Source: an uncultured Flavobacteriales bacterium
GTDB taxonomy: Bacteria > Bacteroidota > Bacteroidia > Flavobacteriales_D > Parvicellaceae
DNA: 63,837 bases
Assembly (NCBI GenBank): GCA_913064955.1
Contig: CAJYBK010000001.1
Span: forward strand, 1 to 63,837
Reading direction: 5' to 3'
Shown here in pieces: positions 9,140 through 21,000 of the stretch. The notes under the pieces were generated by a model. That model did not search any database. It was given only the letters and a program-made list of their open reading frames with translations, and was not told where the DNA came from. Position 1 is the first letter of the stretch; the number at the start of each line of letters is the position of its first letter. A program made the translations under genes and the position numbers.

Positions 9140-11812
9140 ATGAACAAAGGAATAATAACCATAGCAATTACTTCAATAATTTTAGCAAGTTGCCATCCTA
9201 AAAAGAATATTATATCACCTAATAACGCTTCTGTTGAGGCTGTAGTGCCCAGTAAGGACGACCTCCCTAGGGTTCAGCCTGTATATAATGCATCCGAAAC
9301 ACGCATGAATGATTTGTTACATACTAAGTTGGAAGTTAGTTTTGATTGGCAAGAAAGGCAATTGTTTGGGAAGGCAGCGTTGCTTTTGAAACCGTATGCT
9401 AGGCCTGTTGATAGTTTGATTCTTGATGCTAAGGCTATGGATATTCATAAAGTAACCATTGCTGAAGGAACAAATAATTACCCAGATGTGAAATATAAAT
9501 ATGACGGTTGGTCGCTAAGAATTAAGTTGCCACGAACAATGAAAAAAACCGAGCAGTATCAAGTTTTTATAAATTACACTGCAAACCCAGAAAAAGTGGA
9601 GCAAGAAGGTAGTAGTGCAATTTCAGAAGCCAAAGGACTTTATTTTATTAATCACGATGGGAGTAACCCTAAAAAACACCAAGAGATTTGGACCCAGGGT
9701 GAAACGGAGTCTAGTAGTACATGGTTTCCAACAATAGACGCACCTAATGAGAAGACAACTCAGGAAATGATGATCACTGTGCAAAATAAATATCAAACTT
9801 TATCAAACGGAGCTTTAATCAGTTCAAAGGATAATGGTAATGGTACTAGAACGGATTACTGGAAAATGGATAAAGCGCATGCACCATATCTATTTATGAT
9901 GGGAATAGGTGAATATGCCATAGTAAAAGATACTTGGAAACGAAAAGATGGGTCCGTGATGGAAGTGAATTACTATGTAGAAAAAGAATATGAAAAATAT
10001 GCAATGGATATTTTTGGGAAAACGCCAAAAATGATCCAATACTTCTCAGATTTATTAGGTGTGGAGTATCCATGGGCAAAGTATTCTCAAATTGTTGGGA
10101 GGGATTATGTTTCTGGTGCAATGGAGAATACCACAGCTACGCTGCATGGAGAGTTTTTGTATCAAACTAAAAGAGAGTTGATCGATTCTGATAATGAGTC
10201 TATCATTGCGCACGAACTGTTTCACCATTGGTTTGGAGATTTAGTTACTTGTGAAAGTTGGTCCAATCTTCCGTTAAATGAATCTTTTGCGAACTATAGC
10301 CAATTTCTATGGGATGAATTTGAACATGGAAAAATGGAGGCTGATAAAAATGCATACGCGGAGATGGATGGATATTTCTTGTCTGCACAGCAAGGAGGGC
10401 ACGTAGATATGATAAGATTTGATTATGCAAGTAAAGAAGATATGTTTGACGGTCATTCATATAATAAGGGAGGGCGAATTCTACATATGTTGAGGACTCA
10501 TTTAGGTGATGAAATATTTTTCGATGCACTTAAAAACTATTTAACAGACAATGCTTATTCTTCTACCGAAATTCATGAATTGAGAATGCAGTTTGAGAAA
10601 GCAAGTGGTGAGGATTTAAATTGGTTTTTTAATCAATGGTTTTTGGCAAGTGGACATCCTAAGGTTAAAATAGGACAGGAATATGATGATATCACGAAGA
10701 AACTAACTGTTTCCATTAAGCAAACGCAAGATTTTGAAAAGTGGCCTTTGTATCAATTGCCTATACAAATTGATATCTATACTAATGGCAGTGTGCGATC
10801 TGAAAAGGTTTGGGTGAAAAATGAAAACAATGATTTCGTATTTCAATTAGCACAGGCTCCGGATCTAGTTAATGTGGACGCTACAAAAACTACTTTGTGG
10901 TTAAAAAAAGATGCTAAACCAATCGAACAATGGATTTACCAGTTGAATAATGCTCCACTATGGTTGGATAAAAAAGAAGCGTTTGAAAAATTAGAAAAAA
11001 GCAGTAATACAGATGCTATTGCAGCTATAATGAAAGCATTAAGTCATGAGTTTTATGATGTAAGGTTGATGGCGATAAGTTCGTTAGATGAGGCAGTTAA
11101 AAGTGAAAAAGATAAGGTAAAAACCACACTAGCCAAGATGTATGCTTCAGACGAAAGTCCAAAAGTGAGGAAAAAAGCGGTGGAGTTTTTGGCGAAGCAC
11201 TTTCCGGATAAAGAATTCTTAAACCCTTTAATGGATAAAGGTTTTGAAGACCCTTCTTTGGAGGTGCTTGGAGCTACATTAAAGAGTTATGCTAAGTTAA
11301 ATGGTTCTGAAGGTTTGGCAAAAGCCAAGCAGTATGAGTCTGAGGAAAGTAGTACGGTTCAGTTAGCAGTTGCAGGAGTTTATGCTGAATATGGGACGAA
11401 AGAAAACCATGAGTTCTTTACGGGCAATGTGAATGAACTAAACGGGATGAATCAATTCAGCTTCTTGTCTAGTTATTTCAAGTACTTGCAAAAGCAAGAT
11501 GACAAGATTGCTGCACAAGGTATTTCGGTTTTCACTGACGTGATAGAAGGCGATGGAATTTGGTATTCAAGGTTGGCTGGTTATCAGCTGCTAACTGGTT
11601 TGCAAACACATTTTGGAAACAGAATTAGTGAAATTGACAATGGATTAATTAGCCTGGAAAAGGAGGGGAATCCAGATCCGATGAAATCTGCAGAATTAGA
11701 AAAAGCAAAGATTTTTTGTAAAGCAAAAGAATCGGAAATCGCGGGAAAACTTAAGGTGTTGACCGAAAAAGAGACTGACGCTAATTTACTAAAGTATTTG
11801 CCAAGAAGATAG
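9140..11812 (+). CDS. M1-family aminopeptidase, lipoprotein, with a HEAT-like C-terminus
   Basis: GAMEN, HELFHHWFG-(x)-LNESFA and YNKG motifs; lipobox LAS-C; TATCTTTG promoter element at 9103-9110. Confidence 0.93.
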   Translation: MNKGIITIAITSIILASCHPKKNIISPNNASVEAVVPSKDDLPRVQPVYNASETRMNDLLHTKLEVSFDWQERQLFGKAALLLKPYARPVDSLILDAKAMDIHKVTIAEGTNNYPDVKYKYDGWSLRIKLPRTMKKTEQYQVFINYTANPEKVEQEGSSAISEAKGLYFINHDGSNPKKHQEIWTQGETESSSTWFPTIDAPNEKTTQEMMITVQNKYQTLSNGALISSKDNGNGTRTDYWKMDKAHAPYLFMMGIGEYAIVKDTWKRKDGSVMEVNYYVEKEYEKYAMDIFGKTPKMIQYFSDLLGVEYPWAKYSQIVGRDYVSGAMENTTATLHGEFLYQTKRELIDSDNESIIAHELFHHWFGDLVTCESWSNLPLNESFANYSQFLWDEFEHGKMEADKNAYAEMDGYFLSAQQGGHVDMIRFDYASKEDMFDGHSYNKGGRILHMLRTHLGDEIFFDALKNYLTDNAYSSTEIHELRMQFEKASGEDLNWFFNQWFLASGHPKVKIGQEYDDITKKLTVSIKQTQDFEKWPLYQLPIQIDIYTNGSVRSEKVWVKNENNDFVFQLAQAPDLVNVDATKTTLWLKKDAKPIEQWIYQLNNAPLWLDKKEAFEKLEKSSNTDAIAAIMKALSHEFYDVRLMAISSLDEAVKSEKDKVKTTLAKMYASDESPKVRKKAVEFLAKHFPDKEFLNPLMDKGFEDPSLEVLGATLKSYAKLNGSEGLAKAKQYESEESSTVQLAVAGVYAEYGTKENHEFFTGNVNELNGMNQFSFLSSYFKYLQKQDDKIAAQGISVFTDVIEGDGIWYSRLAGYQLLTGLQTHFGNRISEIDNGLISLEKEGNPDPMKSAELEKAKIFCKAKESEIAGKLKVLTEKETDANLLKYLPRR

Positions 11813-11826
11813 TTGGATTGAATGTC

Positions 11827-11865
11827 AGAATGGGTATGTTAATATGTTATTAACATACCCATTCT
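11827..11865 (+). terminator. Long hairpin, probable terminator
   Basis: 18-bp perfect stem AGAATGGGTATGTTAATA-TGT-TATTAACATACCCATTCT. Confidence 0.75.
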
Positions 11866-11920
11866 CATTTTTAGTAAATTTGTTATTCCAATTTTTTGGA
11901 ACTACACAAAAACACGCTTT

Positions 11921-14185
11921 ATGAAATCGAGAAAGAAAGATGCTCTTGACTACCACAGTCAAGGAAGGAAGGGAAAGATAGAGGTAATTCCTAGTAAGCC
12001 TTATAATACGCAAAGGGATTTGTCTTTGGCTTATTCGCCTGGTGTTGCTGAACCTTGTTTAGAGATTGCTAAAAACAAATCCGATGTTTATAAATATACT
12101 GCTAAAGGTAATCTAGTTGCAGTAATATCAAACGGTACAGCGGTTTTAGGGCTTGGAGATATTGGCCCGGAAGCTTCTAAGCCAGTAATGGAAGGAAAAG
12201 GATTACTGTTTAAAATATTTGCAGATTTGGATGTGTTTGACATCGAAGTTGATGCAACAGATGTCGACTTATTTGTTCAGACTGTAAAAGCGATTGCACC
12301 TACTTTTGGAGGGATAAATTTAGAAGACATTAAAGCGCCTGAGGCTTTTGAGATAGAAAGAAGACTGAAAGAAGAGTTAGATATTCCGATCATGCATGAT
12401 GATCAACACGGTACAGCCATTATATCTTCAGCGGCTTTATTGAATGCTCTGGAAATTGCAGGAAAAAAGATTGAAGACATTAAAGTAGTAATTAGTGGTG
12501 CTGGTGCTGCCGCTATTTCATGTGCTAAGTTGTATATTTCTTTAGGTGTTAAAAAGGCCAATATTTTTATGTATGACTCTAAAGGATTACTTACAACAAA
12601 AAGAGAAGGTCTTGATGAGCAAAAGAAGAATTTCTTGCAAGATACTGGAGACATATCTTTAGAAGATGTATTAAAGGGAGCAGATGTTTTCCTTGGTTTG
12701 TCTAAAGGGGGTATTGTAAGCAAAGGAATGGTTAAGTCTATGGCAAATAACCCAATAGTTTTTGCATTGGCTAATCCAGATCCAGAAATCACTTACAAAG
12801 ATGCAATGTCCGTAAGAGATGATATTATTATGGCTACAGGTAGAAGTGACCATCCTAATCAAGTCAACAACGTGCTAGGTTTTCCTTATATTTTTAGAGG
12901 AGCAATGGATGTTCGTGCTACTTGTATCAACGAGGAAATGAAGTTAGCAGCTGTAAAGGCAATTGCTGAATTGGCTAAGGAAAGTGTGCCAGATGAAGTG
13001 AATCAAGCTTATGATGAAAGAAATATTTCTTTTGGTAAGGATCAAATCATTCCTAAACCATTGGACCCTAGGTTGATCTATTGGGTGGCTCCTGCCGTTG
13101 CAAAAGCAGCTATGGAATCTGGTGTTGCAACTGAACCAATTAAGAATTGGGAAGCTTACGAAACAGAATTGAAAAAACGACTTGGATTAGATAACAAGTT
13201 AATGAAGAACATCATTGAGCGCGCTAAGAAAAATCCGAAGAAAGTAGTGTTTGCAGAAGCGGATCATTACAAAATATTGAAAGCGGCTCATCTTGCTTAT
13301 GAAGAGGGTATAGCAGAACCAATTCTTCTAGGTAATGTAGAAAGAATAAAAGACCTTATGGACGAGTTTGGTCTTGACTTTGAAAATTGTAAGATTATTG
13401 ATCCGCGCGATAAAAGTGAGTCTAAGAAAAGAGAAAAATTCGCAGATATTTTATTTGAAAAACGTAAGCGTAGAGGAATGACACGCTATGAAGCAGGTAA
13501 GGAGATGCGCGAAAGAAACTACTTTGCTTCTGCAATGGTAGACTCTGGAGAGGCTGATGCGATGATTTCAGGTTTGACGAGAAATTATGCGGATACTATC
13601 AAGCCGGCATTGCAAATGATAGGGGTGGACGATGGGGTTACCAAAATTGCAGGAATGTATATTTTGATGACAAAAGAAGGGCCTATCTTTTTTGCAGATA
13701 CGACCGTTAATTTAAATCCGACTGTTCAAGACATAGTTGACATTACAGTTTTAGCCTCCAAAATAGTGGAGAGATTTAGAATTAAGCCGAGAATTGCGTT
13801 GTTGAGTTATTCGAATTTTGGATCTACTGAAGGCCCTAATGCAGTCAAGATGAGAGAGGCAACAGCTTTATTAAAAGAACAGCACCCTAATCTGGTCGTG
13901 GATGGTGAAGTTCAAGCCAATTTTGCGCTGAATGAAGAATTAATGCAAGACTACTTCTCATTTTCAGATTTGGCAAAGAAAAGTGCTAACGTATTAATCT
14001 TTCCTACGCTATCTGCAGGAAATATTGCCTACAAACTAGTTCAGGAAATGAGTGATTCTGAAGCAATTGGTCCAATTTTGTTGGGGATGAAAAAACCTGT
14101 ACACGTGTTGCAAATCGGTTCTTCGGTAAGAGAAATTCTCAACATGATTACTATTGCTGTAGCAGATGTACAGACTAGGAAGTAG
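11921..14185 (+). CDS. maeB: NADP-dependent malic enzyme (malic enzyme-phosphotransacetylase-like fusion)
   Basis: [24 protein letters not shown] and [11 protein letters not shown] motifs; C-terminal PTA-like domain. Confidence 0.96.
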   Translation: MKSRKKDALDYHSQGRKGKIEVIPSKPYNTQRDLSLAYSPGVAEPCLEIAKNKSDVYKYTAKGNLVAVISNGTAVLGLGDIGPEASKPVMEGKGLLFKIFADLDVFDIEVDATDVDLFVQTVKAIAPTFGGINLEDIKAPEAFEIERRLKEELDIPIMHDDQHGTAIISSAALLNALEIAGKKIEDIKVVISGAGAAAISCAKLYISLGVKKANIFMYDSKGLLTTKREGLDEQKKNFLQDTGDISLEDVLKGADVFLGLSKGGIVSKGMVKSMANNPIVFALANPDPEITYKDAMSVRDDIIMATGRSDHPNQVNNVLGFPYIFRGAMDVRATCINEEMKLAAVKAIAELAKESVPDEVNQAYDERNISFGKDQIIPKPLDPRLIYWVAPAVAKAAMESGVATEPIKNWEAYETELKKRLGLDNKLMKNIIERAKKNPKKVVFAEADHYKILKAAHLAYEEGIAEPILLGNVERIKDLMDEFGLDFENCKIIDPRDKSESKKREKFADILFEKRKRRGMTRYEAGKEMRERNYFASAMVDSGEADAMISGLTRNYADTIKPALQMIGVDDGVTKIAGMYILMTKEGPIFFADTTVNLNPTVQDIVDITVLASKIVERFRIKPRIALLSYSNFGSTEGPNAVKMREATALLKEQHPNLVVDGEVQANFALNEELMQDYFSFSDLAKKSANVLIFPTLSAGNIAYKLVQEMSDSEAIGPILLGMKKPVHVLQIGSSVREILNMITIAVADVQTRK

Positions 14186-14382
14186 TTAGTTGAATCTGAA
14201 TAAGTTATTGTTTATGGAGCATTAGGGCGGTTTTGTCAGAATGCTCTATATTTTTAGAAAATATAAGGATCGCCCGTTCTAGTTGATTTTCTGAAATTAT
14301 AACAGTTATTACGTGCCTTTAATTTGGTGTTAAATTTTTCTATATTTGCACGTAAGCAAAATACTCACTTATACTTTTTTAA

Positions 14383-14967
14383 ATGATTACCCACATAGAT
14401 GGAATTCTTGAAGAAAAAAACCCAGCGTATACGGTTTTAGACGTCAATGGAATGGGATATATTCTACATATTTCCTTGAATACATTTTCTGATCTGCCTG
14501 AGAAAGGTCGTGTTAGACTTTTTACACATCTCTCAATAAGGGAAGACGCACATGTCCTTTTTGGTTTCTCTTCAAAAGCAGAGCGTGAAATGTTTAGGCA
14601 TTTGATTTCTGTTTCAGGTGTAGGTCCATCAACTGCTAGAATGGTACTTTCAGGTATGACTCCCTCCGAATGCGCAAATGCGATTGTAAATGAAGATGTT
14701 GCCACTTTCAAAAATGTAAAAGGTATAGGTGCTAAAACAGCCGAACGTGTGATAGTTGATTTGAAAGACAAGGTTTCAGGTGATTTAATTGTAGGAGAAA
14801 AATTATCTTCATCAAACAATACAATTAAAAATGAAGCGTTAACTGCATTAATTGTTTTAGGCGTAGACAAGAAACGAGCTGAAAAAATTATCGCAGATGT
14901 ATTTAAAAAGCATGGCGAAGATTTGACAGTGGAGGATTTGGTTAAGATTACGCTAAAATCATTGTAA
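14383..14967 (+). CDS. ruvA: Holliday junction branch migration protein RuvA
   Basis: IREDAHVLFGF, SVSGVGP and VKGIGAKTAERV; TATATTTG at 14341-14348. Confidence 0.97.
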   Translation: MITHIDGILEEKNPAYTVLDVNGMGYILHISLNTFSDLPEKGRVRLFTHLSIREDAHVLFGFSSKAEREMFRHLISVSGVGPSTARMVLSGMTPSECANAIVNEDVATFKNVKGIGAKTAERVIVDLKDKVSGDLIVGEKLSSSNNTIKNEALTALIVLGVDKKRAEKIIADVFKKHGEDLTVEDLVKITLKSL

Positions 14968-15004
14968 GATTATTTTTACTTTTGCAAGTCTGAGAAATAA
15001 AGGA

Positions 15005-18000
15005 TTGACATATACGATTGGTTTGCTGGTGGCGCTATTTTTTAGCACTGCTATATTTGCAAATAAGAACGAACTGATAAAGCCTACCTTTAATTGGGTT
15101 GAGGTGGATTCGCCAGACGTAAATTTGCCGTATCCTATACCAACTTCAACGGACCCTTCTAACCCTAATACAGGGATGATTGATTTTCAAGATCCACTTA
15201 ACTATAATAACAATGTAATATACGATCCGGAAACTGGAACTTATATTTTTACTAATACTGTAGGTGATGATATCAACGTGCTTCCACCAAGTTCTATGAC
15301 GATGGAGGAGTATATGATTTATCAGAATGAGCAGAGCATGCAGCAGTACTGGAAAGATAAAGTAGATGAACAGGTTGATGATGCAAGGGGAAAAGAAGCA
15401 GAATTACCAGAGTTTCAAACAGATCCAGAAACCGTATTTAAGTTGCCAAATGACTTTATCGAAATCAGACCTCAAGGATCTGCAGAATTAAAGTTTGGTG
15501 TAAATATATCCCGAACTGATAATCCTGTACTTCCGGAAAAACAAAGGCGTATTACCACTTTTGATTTTGATCAACAGATTCAAATGAATCTAACAGGTAA
15601 GATAGGTGACTTCATGAAAATTGGATTCAACTACAACACTGAAGCCACTTTTGATTTTGAGAATGAGTTGAAATTAAGTTATGCTGGGGATGAAGATGAT
15701 ATTATTGAGTTGTTAGAAGCGGGTAATGTATCCATGCCACTTAATTCTTCATTGATTCAAGGAAGTCAAAGTTTATTTGGGATAAAATCCAAATTAAGAT
15801 TTGGTAAACTGAGTATTACCACTGTTCTTTCTCAAGATAAAGGCCAGAAAAAAGAAATTGAAGTTGCAGGTGGTGCTCAGGTTCAGGAATTTGAAATTAA
15901 TGTAGATAATTACGAAGAAAATAGACACTTCTATTTGGGTGGGTATTTTGGAGATACCTATGATCAAACTTTGTCTACACTGCCAGTGCCAAGTAGTCAA
16001 ATTCAAATCCAAAGAATGGAGGTATGGATTACCAATAGAACTAATGATTTTGAGGACACTCGAAATATTTTAGGATTTGCAGATTTAGCAGAGTCCAATA
16101 CTGCTAATATGGAAAACCCTGCTTATGCCAATGGTGGAGCAATCATTCCAGATAATAAGCACAATGATTTGTATGCACAACTTACCCAGAATACTAGTAT
16201 TCGTAATTATGTAAATGCAAGTACAGTTTTGAATGGAACGTTTGGAATGCAACAAAGCGTGGAGTATGAGAAGTTGGAAAATGCTAGGCTTTTAACAGAG
16301 AATGAATATTCTTACAACAGTATCTTAGGTTATGTGTCTTTAAATCAATCTCTAAATAATGATGAGGTGCTGGCGGTTGCCTACCAATATACTTATCAAG
16401 GAAAAACTTATCAAGTTGGTGAGTTTAGTACTGATGGAATTGCTGGTCAAAGCGCATTGTTTTTGAAGTTATTAAAGTCTACCGTTAGAAATCCAACAAA
16501 GCAGTTGTGGCAGTTAATGATGAAAAACGTTTATTCATTAGGAGCATATCAAGTGGATCCAGCGAATTTCAAGTTAGATATTTGGTATAATAACCCAAGC
16601 ACAGGTGTTGATGTAAATTATATACCTCAAGCAGGTACAGATAATATTCGTTTGTTAATCCAATTATTAAAATTGGACCAGTTAAATCAGCAACAAGCGA
16701 AGTATAGTGATGGGGTATTTGATTTCATTCCTATTTCAGCAACTTCCGGAAGAGTATCACAGGTAGGGACAATCAATCCTAGGAATGGTAGGTTATATTT
16801 CACTACCAAAGAACCATTTGGGGCAACACTTCGAGGTGCTTTAGAGGAAGTGGGGGTGAATCAAAATGTGATTGACAAAGTTGCATTCGATCAACTTTAC
16901 GATAGTACCAAAACGGCAGCGCAACAATTGCCAGAACTTAACAGGTTTAAAATTAAAGGTACTTATCAGTCTTCAGTAAGTTCTGAAATTTCGCTTAATG
17001 CATTGAATATTCCACAAGGCTCCGTTCAAGTAACTGCTGGAGGAAGGCTGCTACAAGAAGGAAGTGACTATACTGTAGATTATAACATAGGTAGAGTAAA
17101 GATTTTAAATGATGGAATCTTAAGTTCAGGTACACCTGTGAAAATACAGATGGAGAGTAACTCCTTGTTTTCAATTCAACAGAAGTCTTTAATAGGGACT
17201 CACTTGGATTATAGAATAAGTAAAGATGCACAGATAGGTGCTACTATTATGCGGCTAACTGAAAAGCCGCTTACACAAAAAGTAAATATCGGAGATGAAC
17301 CAATTGCTAACACCATGTTTGGTTTGGATGGATCTTTCAAAAAGGATATTCCTTTCTTAACGAAGTTGGTAGATAAAATACCAGGAATTGATACCAAGGA
17401 GATGTCTAGCATAAATTTCTCAGGTGAGGTAGCCGGTCTTTTACCTGGACACAATAGGGCAATTGGTAAAGAAGGTAATTCGTATATAGATGATTTTGAG
17501 GGGTCTCAATCGAGTATTGATATTAGGTCCTTTAATACTTGGGTACTGGCATCTGTTCCACAAGGACAACCTGATTTGTTTCCCGAAGGATCATTGAGTA
17601 ACAACTTAGACTACGGAAAGAAGAGAGCAAAAATAGCTTGGTATGTGATTGATCCATTGTTTCACAATAACAACAATTTGACGCCTGACTATATGAAGAA
17701 TAGTGAGATGCAGACGGATAACAGAATGCGTCAAGTGTTAGTTAATGAGGTTTTTCCAAACAAGCAGTTAGCAACTGGTTCGTTAAATAATATACCTGTA
17801 TTTGATATTGCATATGATCCAGAAGAAAGAGGTCCTTATAATTTTGATGTTCAAAATGTAGACCCTTCAACAGGTAAGTTTAATAATCCATCGGAAAGGT
17901 GGGGAGGAATCATGCGTACATTAACTACGAATGATTTTGAAGCAGCCAATATTGAATATATCCAATTTTGGATGATGGACCCTTTTAGTACAGATCATCC

Positions 18001-21000
18001 GAATGGTACTAACGAGGATTCTCCAAATACAACAGGTGGTGAGTTATACTTTAATTTAGGTAACGTAAGTGAGGATATTTTAAGAGATGGTAGAAAGTCT
18101 TTCGAAAATGGAATTCCTGCATCTGGTCCGGATGCTGATGGTAACTATACTACTGGAGATGTTGTTTCTACTAATTGGGGGTGGATGCCTACATCCCAAG
18201 TGGTTGTAACTGCTTTCGATAATGATATCAATACAAGATTAAATCAGGATGTTGGTTTGGATGGACTTAGGAATGATTTGGAAGCAGAGTTTTTTGATGA
18301 TTACTTAAATTCAATTGTTGTGGATCCTGCCATAAAGGCGCAAATAGAGGCAGATCCAAGTAATGATAACTATAGATATTTTAGAGATGATAGATACGAC
18401 CAAGATCAAGTCTCTATTTTAGATAGATATAAATTATACAATAATCCAGATGGGAATTCACCTACATCTGAAATTTCTGCAACTATAAATGCTGATGCCT
18501 ACTCAACTTCAGCAACCACTTTGCCAAATATTGAGGATATTAATGGAGATAATAACTTAAATGAAACAGAAAGTTATTTCCAATATCAAGTAGCATTGAA
18601 ACCTCAAAACATGGAAGTTGGTACTAACTTCATTGTGGATAAAATTGATGCAACAGACGAGAGAAGTGGTAAGTCTGTAATTTGGTACCAATTTAGAATT
18701 CCAGTGAGACAATTCTCTTCAAGAATTAACGGTATTCAAGACTTTAGAGCAATTAGGTTTATTAGATTGTTCATGAAAGGGTGGTCTCAAGAAGCGGTTC
18801 TAAGATTTGCAAGGCTCGAGTTGGTTCGTGGAGAATGGAGAGCTTATTTGGGAGACCTCTTAAGTAATGGAGAGTATATTCAGGGAGAAGAAAGCAATAC
18901 TACTTTTAACGTAACTGCAGCCAATCTTGAGGATAATGGTAAAAAAGTACCGATTAACTACGTTATTCCTGATGGAATTGTAAGAGAGATAAACTATCAA
19001 ACAGCCAATTTAGCACAACAAAATGAGCAATCTTTGGTGTTGGATGTTTGTGGGTTGAAAGATGGAGATGCGCGTGCAGCGTATCGAAATGTAAACTTTG
19101 ATGTAAGAAATTACAACAAGTTGGAAATGTTTGTTCACGCAGAAAGCAACGTAAGTGAATTCGATCTGGAAGATGGAGATTTAACGGTTTTTGTAAGGTT
19201 AGGAACCGATTTTAGTGCCAATTATTATGAATATGAAATGCCGGTGAAGGCTAGTCCTTGGTATAACAATTCACCTGGAAGTGTGTGGCCAACAGAAAAT
19301 GATATGGTCATTGATTTGAATGTCTTAAAGGAAGTTAAAATCCTTAGAAATGCTCAGAATTACAATATTTTCGAAAGATTTACACGACCTGATACTACTG
19401 CCCCGGACAGAAATATTACCGTAATTGGTAATCCAAACTTACAGTCTATGAAGACGGTAATGATTGGTGTAAGAAACCCTAAAAAGGATGATCCGGATAA
19501 CCAGTGGTTACCAGATGATGGTGAAGAGATATGTGCGGAAGTATGGGTGAATGAGTTACGTTTATCTGACTTTAATGAAAGTGCTGGTTGGGCAACAATT
19601 GGAAGAATGACAGCTCAGTTGGCAGATTTTGCAGACGTTTCCGTAGCAGGGAATTACTCTTCACCGGGTTGGGGAAGCATCGAGCAATCTGTTTCTGAAC
19701 GTCAACAAGAACATATATATGGCTTTGATGCTAGTACAACTGTTCAGTTGGGTAACTTCTTTGGTGATAGAGTAGGATTGAGATTACCAGTTTATGTAGG
19801 TTATTCAAGAAATGTGATTCGCCCATTATATGATCCGTTAAATCCAGATTTGATTCTGGAGAAAGGTGAGTCCATTGAAGATGATGAATGGCGAGAGTAT
19901 TTGGATAATTCAATTGACTTGACAGAACGTAGATCGATTAACTTTACTAATGTGTCTGTTAATCCAAAAAACAAGGAAGGAAAGGCTCCAAAGCCTCATT
20001 TTTATAATCTGTCAAATCTATCTTTTAACTTCTCTTACAACGAGTTAAATAAAAAGGATATTAATACAAGATATAACGATACTAAGAACTATCTGTTGGG
20101 AATGAATTACAGTTTCTCAAAGTCCCCAAGGCCATGGGAACCGTTCAAAAAGATTAGTTTTATTAGAAAGTCAAAATGGTTAAAGCCTTTAAGAGATTTC
20201 AATCTTTATTTGGCGCCAAAGCAAATAGGTTTTGCTACGAATATCAATAGAACCTATAATGAATACGCAACTAGGTATAATTTCTTTGGAGGAGAAAATC
20301 TAGAATTCCCTCAGTTTAATAAAACATTCAACTGGGATCGAGATTACACGTTAAAGTATGATTTAACCAAGGCTTTAAATTTTGATTTTAAAGCGAAAAA
20401 CAGAGCGTTTATTGATGAGCCTTTCGGTAAGGTGGACTATGGTATGTTTGGCTATGAACAGGATACATCTAGAACTCAAGTGGCTAATAGTTTGTTTAAC
20501 GACTTTGGTCAAACAATGAATTACAACCATACTTTCAATGTAAACTTTAAATGGCCACTGGGAAGCTTTCCATTGACGGATTGGGTTACATTGACCACAA
20601 GATATACTGGGAGTTATGATTGGACCCAGGCGCCTCTTGCATTACCAGATGTTGGTAATGTTGTGCAAAACTCGAGGCAAATTAGCTGGAATGCTAAATT
20701 GACAATGAAGACGCTTTACAACAAAGTGCCTTATCTGAAAAAAGTTAATACTAAGTACAATGGAAGAGGTTCCAGTATGAAGAATAAAATCAGTTCTAAA
20801 TCTAAAACCGATGGGAAAGCAGGAAAAGAGGATGAATCCAAAAAACCAAAAATCAAAAAGGACGGCAAAGTAGATTTGACAAATCCAGATGATCCAGATA
20901 ATCCGGATAACATTAAAAAAGCAAAAGAGGAAAAGAAAAAGGCAAGAGAGGAAAAAGACGGATTTAACATTTTAGAGCAATTTGCTAGAATTTTAATGTC